Source: Macrostomum lignano (lineage: Eukaryota). Taken from it: 64,000 bases of DNA. Below are positions 23,932 through 36,800 of the stretch, piece after piece. The notes beneath the pieces are model-generated. The model saw only the letters and a program-made list of their open reading frames with translations. It did not search any database and had not been told where the DNA came from. How positions within the stretch are numbered: the first letter of the stretch is position 1; every line of letters starts with the position of its first letter. The stretch spans positions 1 through 64,000 of the forward strand of contig NIVC01000422.1 of assembly GCA_002269645.1 (NCBI GenBank). The letters are read 5' to 3'. Both the position numbers and the translations under genes were made by a program.

Positions 23932-24873
23932 TTGCATCGGTACATAAGTCGCAATATCTTTCATATCCATATCTTTTCAAGGCTCGTTAAACGCGACCAT
24001 TCTTTGTTATAAAAGTACATTCTCAGAAATTGGTGCAAATAAAGGGCTGCAGAACACAAAAAGGTGCAGAATACTAAAACTCATCTTTTAACCGACTATA
24101 TGCATGCAGAATATGGTCTCATCGCCTCTCTATATTCGCTGCCACTACCGCAGCGAAGGGGTGTTGAGCATACACAGCCTATAGTCCGATTGTTTAACAG
24201 CACGCATGCAAGCTATCTCGTCAAGTTTGCTAGCTGATTTGAATTGTTCTCTACAGCCCCAGCTCTATATATTTTGCTTGGCAACCGACAAAAGCACCTA
24301 GCTTTTCTAACTCAGACTAGAACGAGATCTTATTGGAAGATATCAGTTGAAGAGAGTATAAGACCGTGAACAGTTAAATAGGTAGAGGGACGAAACTTCA
24401 TGCTGCATGAGCATTGGAGGATTCTTCAAAGCCCTGCAGCGATGCAAATTGTTAGCAGTACTGAGGGTAGAAGAGACTACCCTGCCTCTGCTAGCACGCT
24501 CCGAAGAGATGCCGCGGGCTTATTGGAACAAATGGCTCACTGGGTGCGCTCGGGTCAAGACAAACCTGGGGGTACTTAGGGTAAAGGGGTGAGACGCAAA
24601 AAAGAGTGCATTTTTTACAATCAACCACCCCAGCAAGCAGTCTTTGGGTATAACAGCTCCGACGGAGGCTCGACTCTACGCTTCATCTTGCGCAGACAAA
24701 CTATATTATACAGCTTTCAGTTCGAAATACTACCTGGTTGGCCTTGGTTAATAATCAACGTTACTCAAAACGACATCAAAGCGCCCTGTTAGCCAAAGAA
24801 TGGCGTCACTTGAGTAAAACAAATCGACCAAAGAACTGCTAATTAACAAGTTCTAATCTGGTTAGAAAAAGCA

Positions 24874-27800
24874 ATGAGTGCTGAGACAGCTCAACCAGCT
24901 GAACGAGATGATCAGCGACGTCAAGGGCGCAAAAAGTCGACCGACGAGAGCACCGCGTCCAAAAGTCGTCGAACTTCGATTGAGCCGCCAAAAATCACTC
25001 TGACTGGTAGCGGAGCCGGTGGCATTTCCGATGGCTCTCAGCAGCAGCAGCAGATGGGCTCCGCTATCAGCCTACGAACTTACCGATCCAGAGCGTCGAG
25101 TTTTGCCACCAGCGATCGACCCGTGGAGTTTCGGCCATTCGACGAGGCCAGCTACCAGCGCATGCTCAGACGCGAGGAGGACTACAAACGCCGAGTCGAG
25201 GAGAGAAAGCGCAACGGTGGCGAGGGCAAACTAGTCGAAGGCGAGATAAAGTTTGACGACGATCCCGAGGCCGAAGATGACAAGGTCAAGAGGGACAAAG
25301 AGCTGACCGAAGGCTGCAACCTGCCCGAACGATTGGGTGAATTTCCCGACGAGCTTCTGGCTCAACCAATTGAAGAGATCGATCGGCACTTGCACAAACG
25401 GGTGAGCGTTGCCGAGCGTTGGGAAGTGTTGGAGAGACGACCTTGTCCGAACAGGTGTTATGAGCCGTAAAATTATAAGAGACCAAAGAACCTCGTCATT
25501 TGAGAGACTCTTTATTATCTCTGATTGGCTGAAAATCCTTGCCATGGATGCATAGATGAAGTCTATCCTTTCCCGTCTCTGATTGGCTATAGCCCCAGCT
25601 CGATGCTTAGCCAGAAAATCTCTACCCCTATCCTGTCTCTGATTGGCTATAGCGTTTGATGCTTAGTCAGAAAATCTCTACCCTTTCCCACGTCTGATTG
25701 GCTATAGCCCCAGCTGGATACTCAGCCAGGAAATCTTTACGCTTTCCCGTCTCTGATTGGCTATAGCCTTGGATGCTTAGCCAGAAAATCTCTACCCCTT
25801 TCCCGTCTCTGATTGGCCGTCAACATAAAATACCAAATGAGGGTTCCGGTAGTTTTATTTAACAATTGAATTGATGATTCTCATAGCAAACTCAATTTTT
25901 TTTCAGTCATTTGTTGTGATCAACAGGAAAATGGGAAAGCATACCATATTTCGTTTCACGGCCAATTCCGCTTTTTTCTGCATGGCGCCGTGGAATCCGG
26001 TGCGAAAATTATTTGTTCGCATTGTTACTAACCAGATATTTGACTACTTCATCATGCTCACGATTCTGACAAACTGCGTATTTCTGGCGCTGGACGAGGA
26101 GTACAAAATTGCCGAGTGAGTAGGAGGCTGCAACGGAGGGTAAAAAACGGAAGTGGGAGGCTGCACTGAAGATGGCGCCAGTACATTATCCTAAAAAATT
26201 TCAGGTACATCTTCCTAACGATCTATTCGCTGGAGTGCGTGGCGAAGCTGATGGCGCGCGGTCTGGTGATGGACAAGTACACCTACTTGCGTGACCCTTG
26301 GAACTGGTTGGACATATTCGTTGTATTAATATCGTAAGTGTTAGAAAGAAAATTACATTTAAAAAAATACAAACAAGCTCTAGCAAAACACTGGATTCGA
26401 CTCATATTTCAGCTACATCATGATCATAGTTGAAAACACGACAACGGGTAGCAACGTGAGCGTTGGGCCGCTGAGAACGTTTCGAGTGTTTCGAGTGCTC
26501 AAAACTATCTCAATATTTCCGGGTGAGACTGCCTGGGGCAGCTTTGACTTTGGTAGATTTAAACAGATTTAGATAAATTTAGGTTGGCTTAAGTACATTT
26601 AGGTAGATTTAGGTTGACTTAGGTGACTTAGGTAGATTTAGATGGATTTGAGTAGATTTATATAGATTAAGGCAGATTTAAGTGGACTTGCGTAGATTTA
26701 GGTTGACCTATCTAGATTTAGGTTGATTTAGATATCTTTAGGTAAATTTAGTTTGATTTAGGTAAATATAGGAAGTTTTGGGTAGATTTGGGTAGAAGAG
26801 GTAGATAAAAGTAGAGATAGTAAGATTTAGGTAGATTTTTATATATTTTATATATTTAGGTACATAAAGACAGATTAAGGTAATTTTAGGTAAATTTAGT
26901 TACAGTTAGGTAGATTTAGGTAGGTTTAGTTAGCATTTAACGTAGATTGCAGCACTTTAAGTTACATTTAGGATATTTTGGTGGGAAGTAAGAAATATTA
27001 GATAGATTTTAAATGCACCCAGCTAGTTATTTAGCAATATTAAAATAATAAGCATACTGAAGTTGAAATTATTGGCTTGAAATGGGTTAACTGAAACCAG
27101 ATAAATTACTACCAACCCTGCAGGTCTCCGAACCATCATCAGTGCCCTGCTGCAGTCGTTCAAGATGCTGGCAGAGGTCATCGTGCTCACATTCTTTTGC
27201 ATGGCCGTGTTCTCACTATTCGGCCTGGACGTGTACATGGGCACTTTTCGGAGCAAATGCGTCCAGAAGGTCGATTGGTCCGGTTTCGACTTTGCCTCCA
27301 GCGATGCCAATCAGCAAGCCTTGGACGCTTATTATAACACCTGGATTAAAGACAGCAGCCACTGGCTCAAGGATGAAGAAGGCAATTTTCACACGTGCGG
27401 CAACAACACGGGGTCTGGGCAGTGCTCAACCTTCAACTCCAGCTACATCTGCCTGCCAGACCTTGGAGACAATCCCAATTGGGGATACACTAGCTATGAT
27501 CATTTCGGCTGGGCTCTGTTGCAGACTTTTCAGCTAATTACGCTGGACTTTTGGGAGGACCAGTACAATATTGTGAGTGGATCGGGTGTTTTAACTTGAT
27601 TTAGGATGACAGACTTCTATAGCCTAAGCTAAAATATTGTCATCTGTGCGTTAACTAATAACTTATACCTGTGTCTGACTGGTTAATTACACCTGTGTCT
27701 AGCATGTTACACCTGTGTCTAGCATGTTACACCTGTGTCTAGCATGTTACACCTGTGTCTAGCGTGTTACACCTGTGTCTAGCATGTTACACCTGTGTCT

Positions 27801-30800
27801 AACAGGTTACACCTGTATCTAACTGGTTACACCTGTGTCTAACTGGTTACACCTGTGTTTAGCATGTTACACCTGTGTCTAACAGGTTACACCTGTGTCT
27901 AACTGGTTACCACCTGTGTCTAACTGGTTACACCTGTGTTTAGCATGTTACACCTGTGTCTAACAGGTTACACCTGTGTCTAACTGGTTACCACCTGTGT
28001 CTAACTGGTTACACCTGTGTCTAACTGGTTACACCTGAGTCTAACTGGTTACACCTGAGTCTAACAGGTTACACCTGTGTCTAACTGGTTACCACCTGTG
28101 TCTAACTGGTTACACCTGTGTCTAACTGGTTACACCTGTGTCTAACTGGTTACACCTGTGTCTAACTGGTTACACCTGTGTCTAACTGGTTACACCTGAG
28201 TCAAACTGGTTACACCTGAGTCTAACTGGTTACACCTGTGTCTAACTGGTTACACCTGTGTCTAACTGGTTACACCTGAGTCTAACTGGTTACACCTGTG
28301 TCTAACTGGTTACACCTGTGTCTAACTGGTTACACCTGAGTCTAACTGGTAACATTTTTTGTCCAACTGGTTACACCTGTGTCTAACTGGTTACACCTGT
28401 GTCTAACTGGTTACACCTGAGTCTAACTGGTAACATTTTTTGTCCAACTGGTTACGCCTGTTGTTCAACTGGTTTAGATTTTCCGGTAGAACAGGTGATC
28501 ATTTTGATAGCACAGGTGATCATTTTGATAGCACAGGTAATCATTTTGATAGCACAGGTAATCATTCTGATAGAACAGGTGATCATTTTGATAGAACAGG
28601 TGATCATTTTGATAGAACAGGTAATCTTCTTGATAGAATGTATATTTAAATTTACACTTGATACACTGCTACACTACTAAGAGTAGCTGAAGTACACACA
28701 CCCCACATGCACTAAAAAACATAAAACAGGTGGTACGAACCAGCGGCCCATGGAACGTGATCTTTTTCGTTGTTATCGTATTTATGGGCTCGTTTTACCT
28801 GATCAACCTGATGCTTGCCGTGGTCACCATGAGCTATCAAGAGCAGGCGGCCGCCACAGGAAAGGTATTTTCTAAATTAAAATATGTTTGTTTTAATTGA
28901 CTTGAAGAATGTGTACATGTAAAACATGGGTCCGTATAGCCCAGCGGTCTGGCGCGGCGCTCTGATGTGCCAGCGGCCCAGGCTCGATTCCAAGTGCAGT
29001 CGCATTAATTTTGGGCTAAATTGGAATCTCGGCTTGGCTCTGCTCGTGCAATTAACGATGAGGGCCAACTCCTATGGCACAGTGTTCAAAGTGTACATGC
29101 CTAACGATAAATAAAGTTAGGGCCGATGTACACTCCTGTGTGAGTGTGTGCCAGGGTGCACACAGTCCCTGCCTCTAATAAAATATCAAAGAGAAAACTA
29201 TTTTCAGTAGTTAGGCCTAAATTACTGCATTTTAAAAATAGAAAGCGTTCAAAAAATTAAATAAAACCCACTTTGCTAAAAGTTCATCGCGAATTTAAAA
29301 TTCCTCAACTCCCAAATAAAAGTGCATTCAGAAATTGATCACTTAAACCGTGTTTCTTCTTCTCTCAACTCCATCGTGTAGAAAAACAAAAAATTCCAAG
29401 CGTCAGTTGAACAGCCTGACGTCACCGCCAATGGCGTCGAGACTGGAACGGTAAGGGTGAGAAGGACGCAGAATGGAATTCTGAGAAATTTCTGTGTACA
29501 CCTACTTTAAGTAGGGTGAAAAGCATAGCAAAAGATAAAAAACATTAAAAAATCCCTCTTCAGGAATCGGAGCAGTTGCTAGTAAGATTGTAAAAAATAT
29601 CAATTTTTAATAGTTATTTTTGAACAGAACGGAAAACTTCAGCAATTTCTTGTATTTATTAATCTATCTGCGATTATTAAGTTCACTCAATTTATTCATT
29701 CACTCGCTTATGTCTTTGAAATAGCTGTTTTTTGGATGCTCGTTTTACACAAACTCTTAGGTTATAAATATTCAATGAGCCGTTGGATACTAATAGATAT
29801 TTGAATATCACAATACGAGTAATTATAATCTTGTAATTGGTTAATCAATTATGCAACTATCCTGTTTGTATTTTATTTACAAGTGCAAGTAGGTTTGCAG
29901 CTAAAGTCACCAACTTAAATGGCACGTTTTTGGGCTATCTTTCTATATATGTATATACGAATCACTCTAATATCTATTTAGTGTAAATTGTGCGTCACAT
30001 TATTGGTCCATTCTTGCCCAAGAATGGATGTGTACTTTTGCTTTTACTCATTTTTGACTTACTCATACACACTTGCCACACTACTGACCCATCTACAGTC
30101 TGACCCATCTGTAGTGTGACCCAAAACCATACATCTGCAGTCTGACCCATTTGCAGTCTGACCCATCTGCAGTCTGACCCATCTGCAATCCGACCCATAT
30201 GCAGTCTGACAGATCTGCAGTCTGACCCATCTGTAGTCTGACCCATCCCGAAATCTGACCCAAAACCATACATCTGTAATCTGACCCACAGCGCTAGTAA
30301 CCCATCAACCGGAGTCTGACCCACAACCCCATTACCAACTTTCTCCGTCATGCAACAGGCCGAAGAACGCGAGAAGTCGGAGCGAAAGCAGAAGAAGCGC
30401 CAGCAGAAGAAGAACGCGGCTGCAGAAAAGTCGAAGGAGACAAAGAAAGACGACTTAGGAGAGGCTGACAAAAACGATAAGAAGAAGAAGAAGAAGAAGA
30501 AAGGCAAGCAAAAGTCGACAAACAGCGAAGACGGAGCCACCGATAAAGACAAGAAGGGCAAGTCTTCCAGTGGCAAGCAGGACGACGGTGAGACAGCTAC
30601 GGAGACCGGCAGCGTGGACACCAAGCAGCTGATGAAGACAGCAACGGAGGCTGGCGGCAAAGGCAAAGGAGAAAGTGACAGTGGCATGGGAAGCCAGGCG
30701 GAAGTGCCAGCGAAAGCTGTGAGTGAAAGTAGCTCAAATGCAGCTAAATAGTAGTTCAGTGGTAGCTCAGTGGTTGTGCAAACGTATTTTGGTGGTAGCT

Positions 30801-33800
30801 CAGTGGTAGTTCAGCGGTAGCTCGGTGGTAGTTCAGTGGTAGTTCAGCGGTAGCTCGGTGGTAGTTCAGTGGTAGTTCAGCGGTAGCTCGGTGGTAGTTC
30901 AGTGGTAGTTCAGCGGTAGCTCGGTGGTAGTTCAGTGTTAGCTTATAGTGGTAGCTGAGTGAATAGCTCTATTAGACAAATTATGAGCTTTAAAAGAGAC
31001 GTTCTTACTTGAAATCTCTGCACTCTGCTCTGCCCTCTCAAGCAGGAGACAACAGCGCCTGGGGCTGAGAATTCCAATGCACCGGACACAGAAAATGACA
31101 TCACCGTGGAATTGCAACTCGACGACAAGGACGACGATGATGAGGATAAACCTGTCATTGTTGTTGCTGGTATGGAAGGTTTTTATGCTCTCGTAGAGGG
31201 AGGTAGAGCAAAGGGGTAGAAAAAAGGGGATAGAGCTAGGGGGTAAAAAAGAGAATGTAGAGCTAGGGATAGAGAATAGAAGAGGAGGTAGAGCTAGGGA
31301 TCGAGAATAGATTAGAGCTAAGGGTGAAGTCAAAAACAAGGAAGAAGTAGATCCTTTCATGTTCGCTGAGTACTAGAAAGGCATATGTGCTAGCCTCAAC
31401 GGGGGGCTCAGTGGCTAGTCCACGTATACTAAAATCACACAAATTCAACTCCAGACGATGGCAAGGAGTACGTGGACCGGAATTGCCCTTGCTGCGGCAC
31501 ATGCTGTCGAAACTACATTTGCTGGTTAAAATTTCAAAACGGCCTCTTCAAATTCGTTACGGACCCGTTTTTTGATTTGTTTATCACGTTTTGCATCGTG
31601 GCCAATACGGTGTTTATGGCTAGCGAGTATTATCCTATGTCTCCCTCATACTCGAACGCTTTGGACTGGATTAACATAGTGAGTTTTTTTTTATTCATTT
31701 GACATATTGCACTAGATATTAACTACAGAGCGCCTTCTGAAGCGTGTATTATGATTTGTGTAAGGGCGCACTATGATTTGTACAAGCGTTCACTATGATT
31801 TGTATAAGCGCTCACTACTGTTTGCATTAGTGCGAATTCTTATTTGTTTAAGCGCGCAATTGTATTTGCACGCCTGTACAAGGCTTTTGTTAAATGCGTG
31901 TTAATGCCTGTGCGCTCTTAAAAAACTGCCCAACCTTGACGACTACATAAAATTTCTGTTTTTAAATTGCAGGCTTTCACCATTGTGTTCACCGTGGAAG
32001 CCGTCTTAAAAATATTCGCAATGAGCAGAGAGTACTTTTTGTCCGGTTGGAATATATTCGACTTCGTAGTAGTTATTGCTAGCCTGATTGACCTCACGGT
32101 CCAGGACGTTGATGGACTGTCCATTTTTCGGTCGTTCCGATTGGTGAGGCGACAACTGGTGTACACTGCTTAGGGTTCTGTAGCGATGGTCTGTAGGGGT
32201 GCTGTAGGAGTGTTGTAAGGGTGCTATAGGATTTGCTGCAGAGGCTCAGTAGGATTTGCTGCTGAGGTGCTGTAGGGGTGCTGTAGGATTTGCGGTACGG
32301 GTGCTGTAAGATGTGCTGCAGGAGTGTTGTAGGATTGACTTTAAGATGGACTGTAGGGGAGCTGTCGGGTGCTGTAAAAACACTGTATACTGTAGGGAGT
32401 GATACAAAAAGGCTGTAATGATACTGTAAGGTTTCTGTATGACAGTGCGGAGTGCTGTAAAAGTTTACAGCTAATCTTTTCGACTCTGTTAGCTGTAGTA
32501 GTGCTGTAGTGGTTCTGTCAGAGATACTGTAGTGAGTTTCTGTAAAAATGCTGTTAGATGTGCTGTAGCGGTTCTGTATCGGGGTAATTACAGTGGGCGG
32601 TCCTACAATAAGTAACTTATTCAAATCTAGAATAAAATCTTACACTATCCTCACCAACAGTTTCGAGTGTTCAGATTGGCTCAGTCGTGGGTGACAATGC
32701 GAAAACTGCTGCTGATCATCTTCTCGGCCATTGGAGCGGTTGGAAACCTGACCTTCATCTTGTTCATCATCATCTTCATATTTGCCGTCATTGGCAAGCA
32801 GCTGTTTATGAAAACATACACTGCTGCCGTTTTCGGCTCCGCCAACGATATTCCGAGGTGGAACTTCGAAGACTTCGGGCACAGCATGCTGATGGTGTTC
32901 AGGATTCTGTGCGGCGAGTGGATCGAGGCGCTGTGGGACTGCATGCGAGCGAATGGGGAGCTGTGTGCTCTGGTGTTCTTCCCATCCCTGATTCTGGGGA
33001 ATTTCATGGTGGGTTTGTTGTCTTCATTTTGGTGGCAAGTCGCTGTTAGATGAGGTGTCACATGAGTTGTAACCTGTTAGATATGATGTGCTACATGTTA
33101 GATATGAGGTAGCAAATGTTAGATACGAGGTGTCACATGTTAGATACGAGGTGTCACATGTTAGATATGAGTTGTAACCTGTTAGATATGAGGTATCCCA
33201 TGTTAGATATGATGTGTTACATGTTAGATAGGAGGTGTCACATTTATACATGATGTGTCAAATGTTAGATACGAGGTGTCACCTGGTAAATACGAAGTGT
33301 CCTCCGTTGGATATGAGTTGTAGCCTGTTAGATATGAGGTATCTCATGTTAGATATGATGTGTTATATGTTAGATAGGAGGTGTCACACGTTAGATATGA
33401 GACTTCACATGTTCGCTCGTAGATATGAGACTTCACATGTTCGCTCGTAGATATGAGATGTCAAATGTTAGATATGAGGTGTCTCCTGTTAGATGTGAGG
33501 TGTCACCTGTTAGATATAAGGTGTCACCTGTTATGTATGTACGGCTGATCAATTTACTCTGAAAACTTACTCATTCTCTCAACCAGGTGCTCAATCTTTT
33601 TTTGGCTCTGCTATTAAACTCGTTCAGCAACGACAAGCTCGGCAAAGATGACAGCGACCAGGATGCATCCAAGCTGTCCCTGGCCTTGGACCGGATCAAA
33701 CGGTATTGCTGCTGCTGCTGTCCAACGAGAAAGAAGAAAGGCTCAGAAGAAGAAGAGGAGGCCAAAGCCAAGGAAGGCGATGCGGCGGACGGCAAAGCCG

Positions 33801-36800
33801 TAGATGCTCCTGCCAAGACGCACGCTGACTTGGACAGCGCCCTCGGCAGCGACAATACACCGCCAGGCCACAGTGAGGGGAATATTAGGATTGATTTCTG
33901 TAGGTGTCGGTAGCGCAGGAGGGAATAATATTTAATCACGATAATTGATTACACCTGCCCTTAATGGCCAGATGTGCAACCGACAGCTCAGCCGCAGCTA
34001 TTGCGCGGTGCATCTGAGGGCTGCGTACGGCTGTTCAGTCCAAGGATTGGGAGGGGGGTCGCCACACACACACTCAATTAACCCAGCTAATGCTGGCACC
34101 CATTTTACAGCTGGGTGAACTCAAGCAATGAAGCAATGCAGAATTAAGTGTCTTGCTCAAGAACCCCCGACCGTTCAGTCGTGAGTCCAACGCTCCAACC
34201 ACTTAGGCTTACAACATCTACCTCGAAGCAGAGGGGAGCCCTACCCTAACTCTACTTCACAAGGGTCAATGTCTACGTCAGAATGGAGTTAGAAATGAAA
34301 CAAGAAGAAAGTCAGCCGCTGTAAACCCTGAGGCGAGCTTGTGCTTGAGTACGTATCCATGTGGCAAATGATTGATTGACTTACGAGCAACTCGTCCCCA
34401 AACACCAGAGCCTGGACACGAGCACGGCAAGCGTCATCACGGCAAGAAGAAGCACAAGCGACACCATCGAAAGCGACACCGCAAAGACCACGGCGCCGAC
34501 GCCGACGGCGTAATTGTTGACGAGCCAACTGGCGACGAGGACAAAGAGGCCGACAAAGACGGAGAAAACGAAGGAGACCAGGATAGCATACTAGTCGACT
34601 GTTGCTGTCCGGTGTGCATGAGACCGTGCCAGCCGGGAGCAAAGTGCTCCTTCTGCTCCTGCTGCTTGTGCCTGGCAGGCACGCCTCACGGCGATCGGTG
34701 GACCAAGTTCAGAAGCGGCGCCCTGAAGATCACCTCGCACAAAGTGTTCGAAGGCATTATTTTGTGCATCATCTTTGCCAGCTCGATTTGTCTGGTAATG
34801 ACAAAGACAGGAAGAGGCTGGGGAATATAGAAGAAGAAAGGAGACGAGAAAAGAGGAGATCAGAGTGAAGACAGCTGAGAAGAGACACAAGCCTTGAGCA
34901 GGCCGGATTTCTATTGGGTCAAGTTTCAAAGGACCCGAGGGCCGGATAGAGGGAGGCCAGTGGCCGTTTTCCGACCCGTCTAATAAGGACGCAAAGGACG
35001 ACGACCCCCCCCCCCCCTAGACCCTTTAGACGTTGTAGCAGAACTATGAGACTTGGATTTTCAGAACTAGTTTGAATAAAACGAAAACCCATTGATTCAC
35101 TCTTCCAGTGCTTCGAAGACATTTACCTGGATGACCAGCCAACACTGAAGACGGTCCTAGGCTACCTGGACATTGTATTCACCATAATATTCTGCATCGA
35201 AATGGTGCTCAAATGGGTCTCTATGGGATTTAAGAAATACTTCACCGAGTTTTGGAGCATCCTTGACTGTATTATCGTTTGTGTGAGTATGGCAAAGAGG
35301 AATTGTCTTCGTAGCAATGAAGTATATGAAGTAATATATGAAGTAAAATATGAAAGATATATGTATAGTTGGATATAATCAATCAATACCGCAGATATCG
35401 ATTGCTGACTTGATGATCAGCGCCCTGACAACCAATGCTGGCCAGATCAGCGCGCTCAGGGTACTGAGAGCCTTGCGAGCATTCCGACCGCTGAGGACCG
35501 TGAGCCGTTGGGAAGGCATGAAGGTGAGGGCTAACATGAGCAATTAGCACCCCGGGACATAAGAATAAGATCCAGAGTTCCAGAAAGAGCAGTGATGCCC
35601 AACAAGCAGTCACGCCCGTTCTGCTGACGAACCCTTGTAAACAAATAATCACACTGCATGTACAGAAGGCTCTGTTTTTCTCTCATGAACACGCCTTAGT
35701 AACAAAGACCATACTTTGTAAAACAGGACGCTAAATTCAAAGATTGTGTAAATTTTTGGAAGCCAATTTCTCGGTAAAAGTACACACACTGAGGAGATAG
35801 GAAAATAATCAGTTTTCATCACAAAATCAATGATTGCATTTGATCTGGGGTAAGTGAAGAATTACCATTAAGCTGTGTAGTGAAAATTCCATTTTCATAC
35901 TATATTTAAGTTTTAGATCCTGTAATACCACAGTTGGTCCTTTTGGAAAAGGAGCCAGAAACGTTAACCGCTAAGTTGCACTCTTCCCATCACTCTATGA
36001 ATTACATGTCTGAAATCTTTATAAGTGTTAGACAATCTACATTTAAATAATGTACGCGTACTTCTTACATTACCTTTAACAATCTACTATTACAACAGAT
36101 CGTGGTCAACTGCCTGGTTAAAGCTGTACCATCTATCGGCAACGTGCTGCTAGTGTGCATGGTGTTCTGGCTAATATTCAGCATCACTGGAGTGCAATTC
36201 TTCAAAGGCAAATTCTACTTTTGTCAGGACTCAGAAGGCAATCAGTTGGATTATAGCGTCATACAGAACAAAACTCAGTGCGAGAACAACTCAGCGGCTG
36301 GTTACTCCTGGACTAATACTAACATCAACTTTGACAATGTGTTCATTGGCTACATAGCGCTGTTTCAAATTGTAAGTACTATCAGCCTAGACAACTGGCT
36401 CCTAGCACTGTATGCATGTAGATTAGGCTTATTGTGTAAATTTTGATACTAAATTATTGTAAGACATGTCCCTGGAGTCATAGGCTCTGGAGGCTGGTAT
36501 GAGCCATGAGTCATAAGAGTCGGAGGTTAGTATGAGCCATGAGTCATAAGAGTCGGAGGTTAGTATGAGCCATGAGTCATAAGACGCGGAAGTTGGTATG
36601 AGCCATGAGTCATAAGAGTCGGAGGTTAGTATGAGCCATGAGTCATAAGACGCGGAGGTTAGTATGAGCCATGAGTCATAAGACTCGGAGGTTGTCTACT
36701 TTAAGTAATATGTTGATAGCTCGTAGTCGGAAGAATATTTAGCAATAGTCTTAAGTAATTGTATTGAAGGCATTACTAGCAATTTTGTATTAGAATAATC

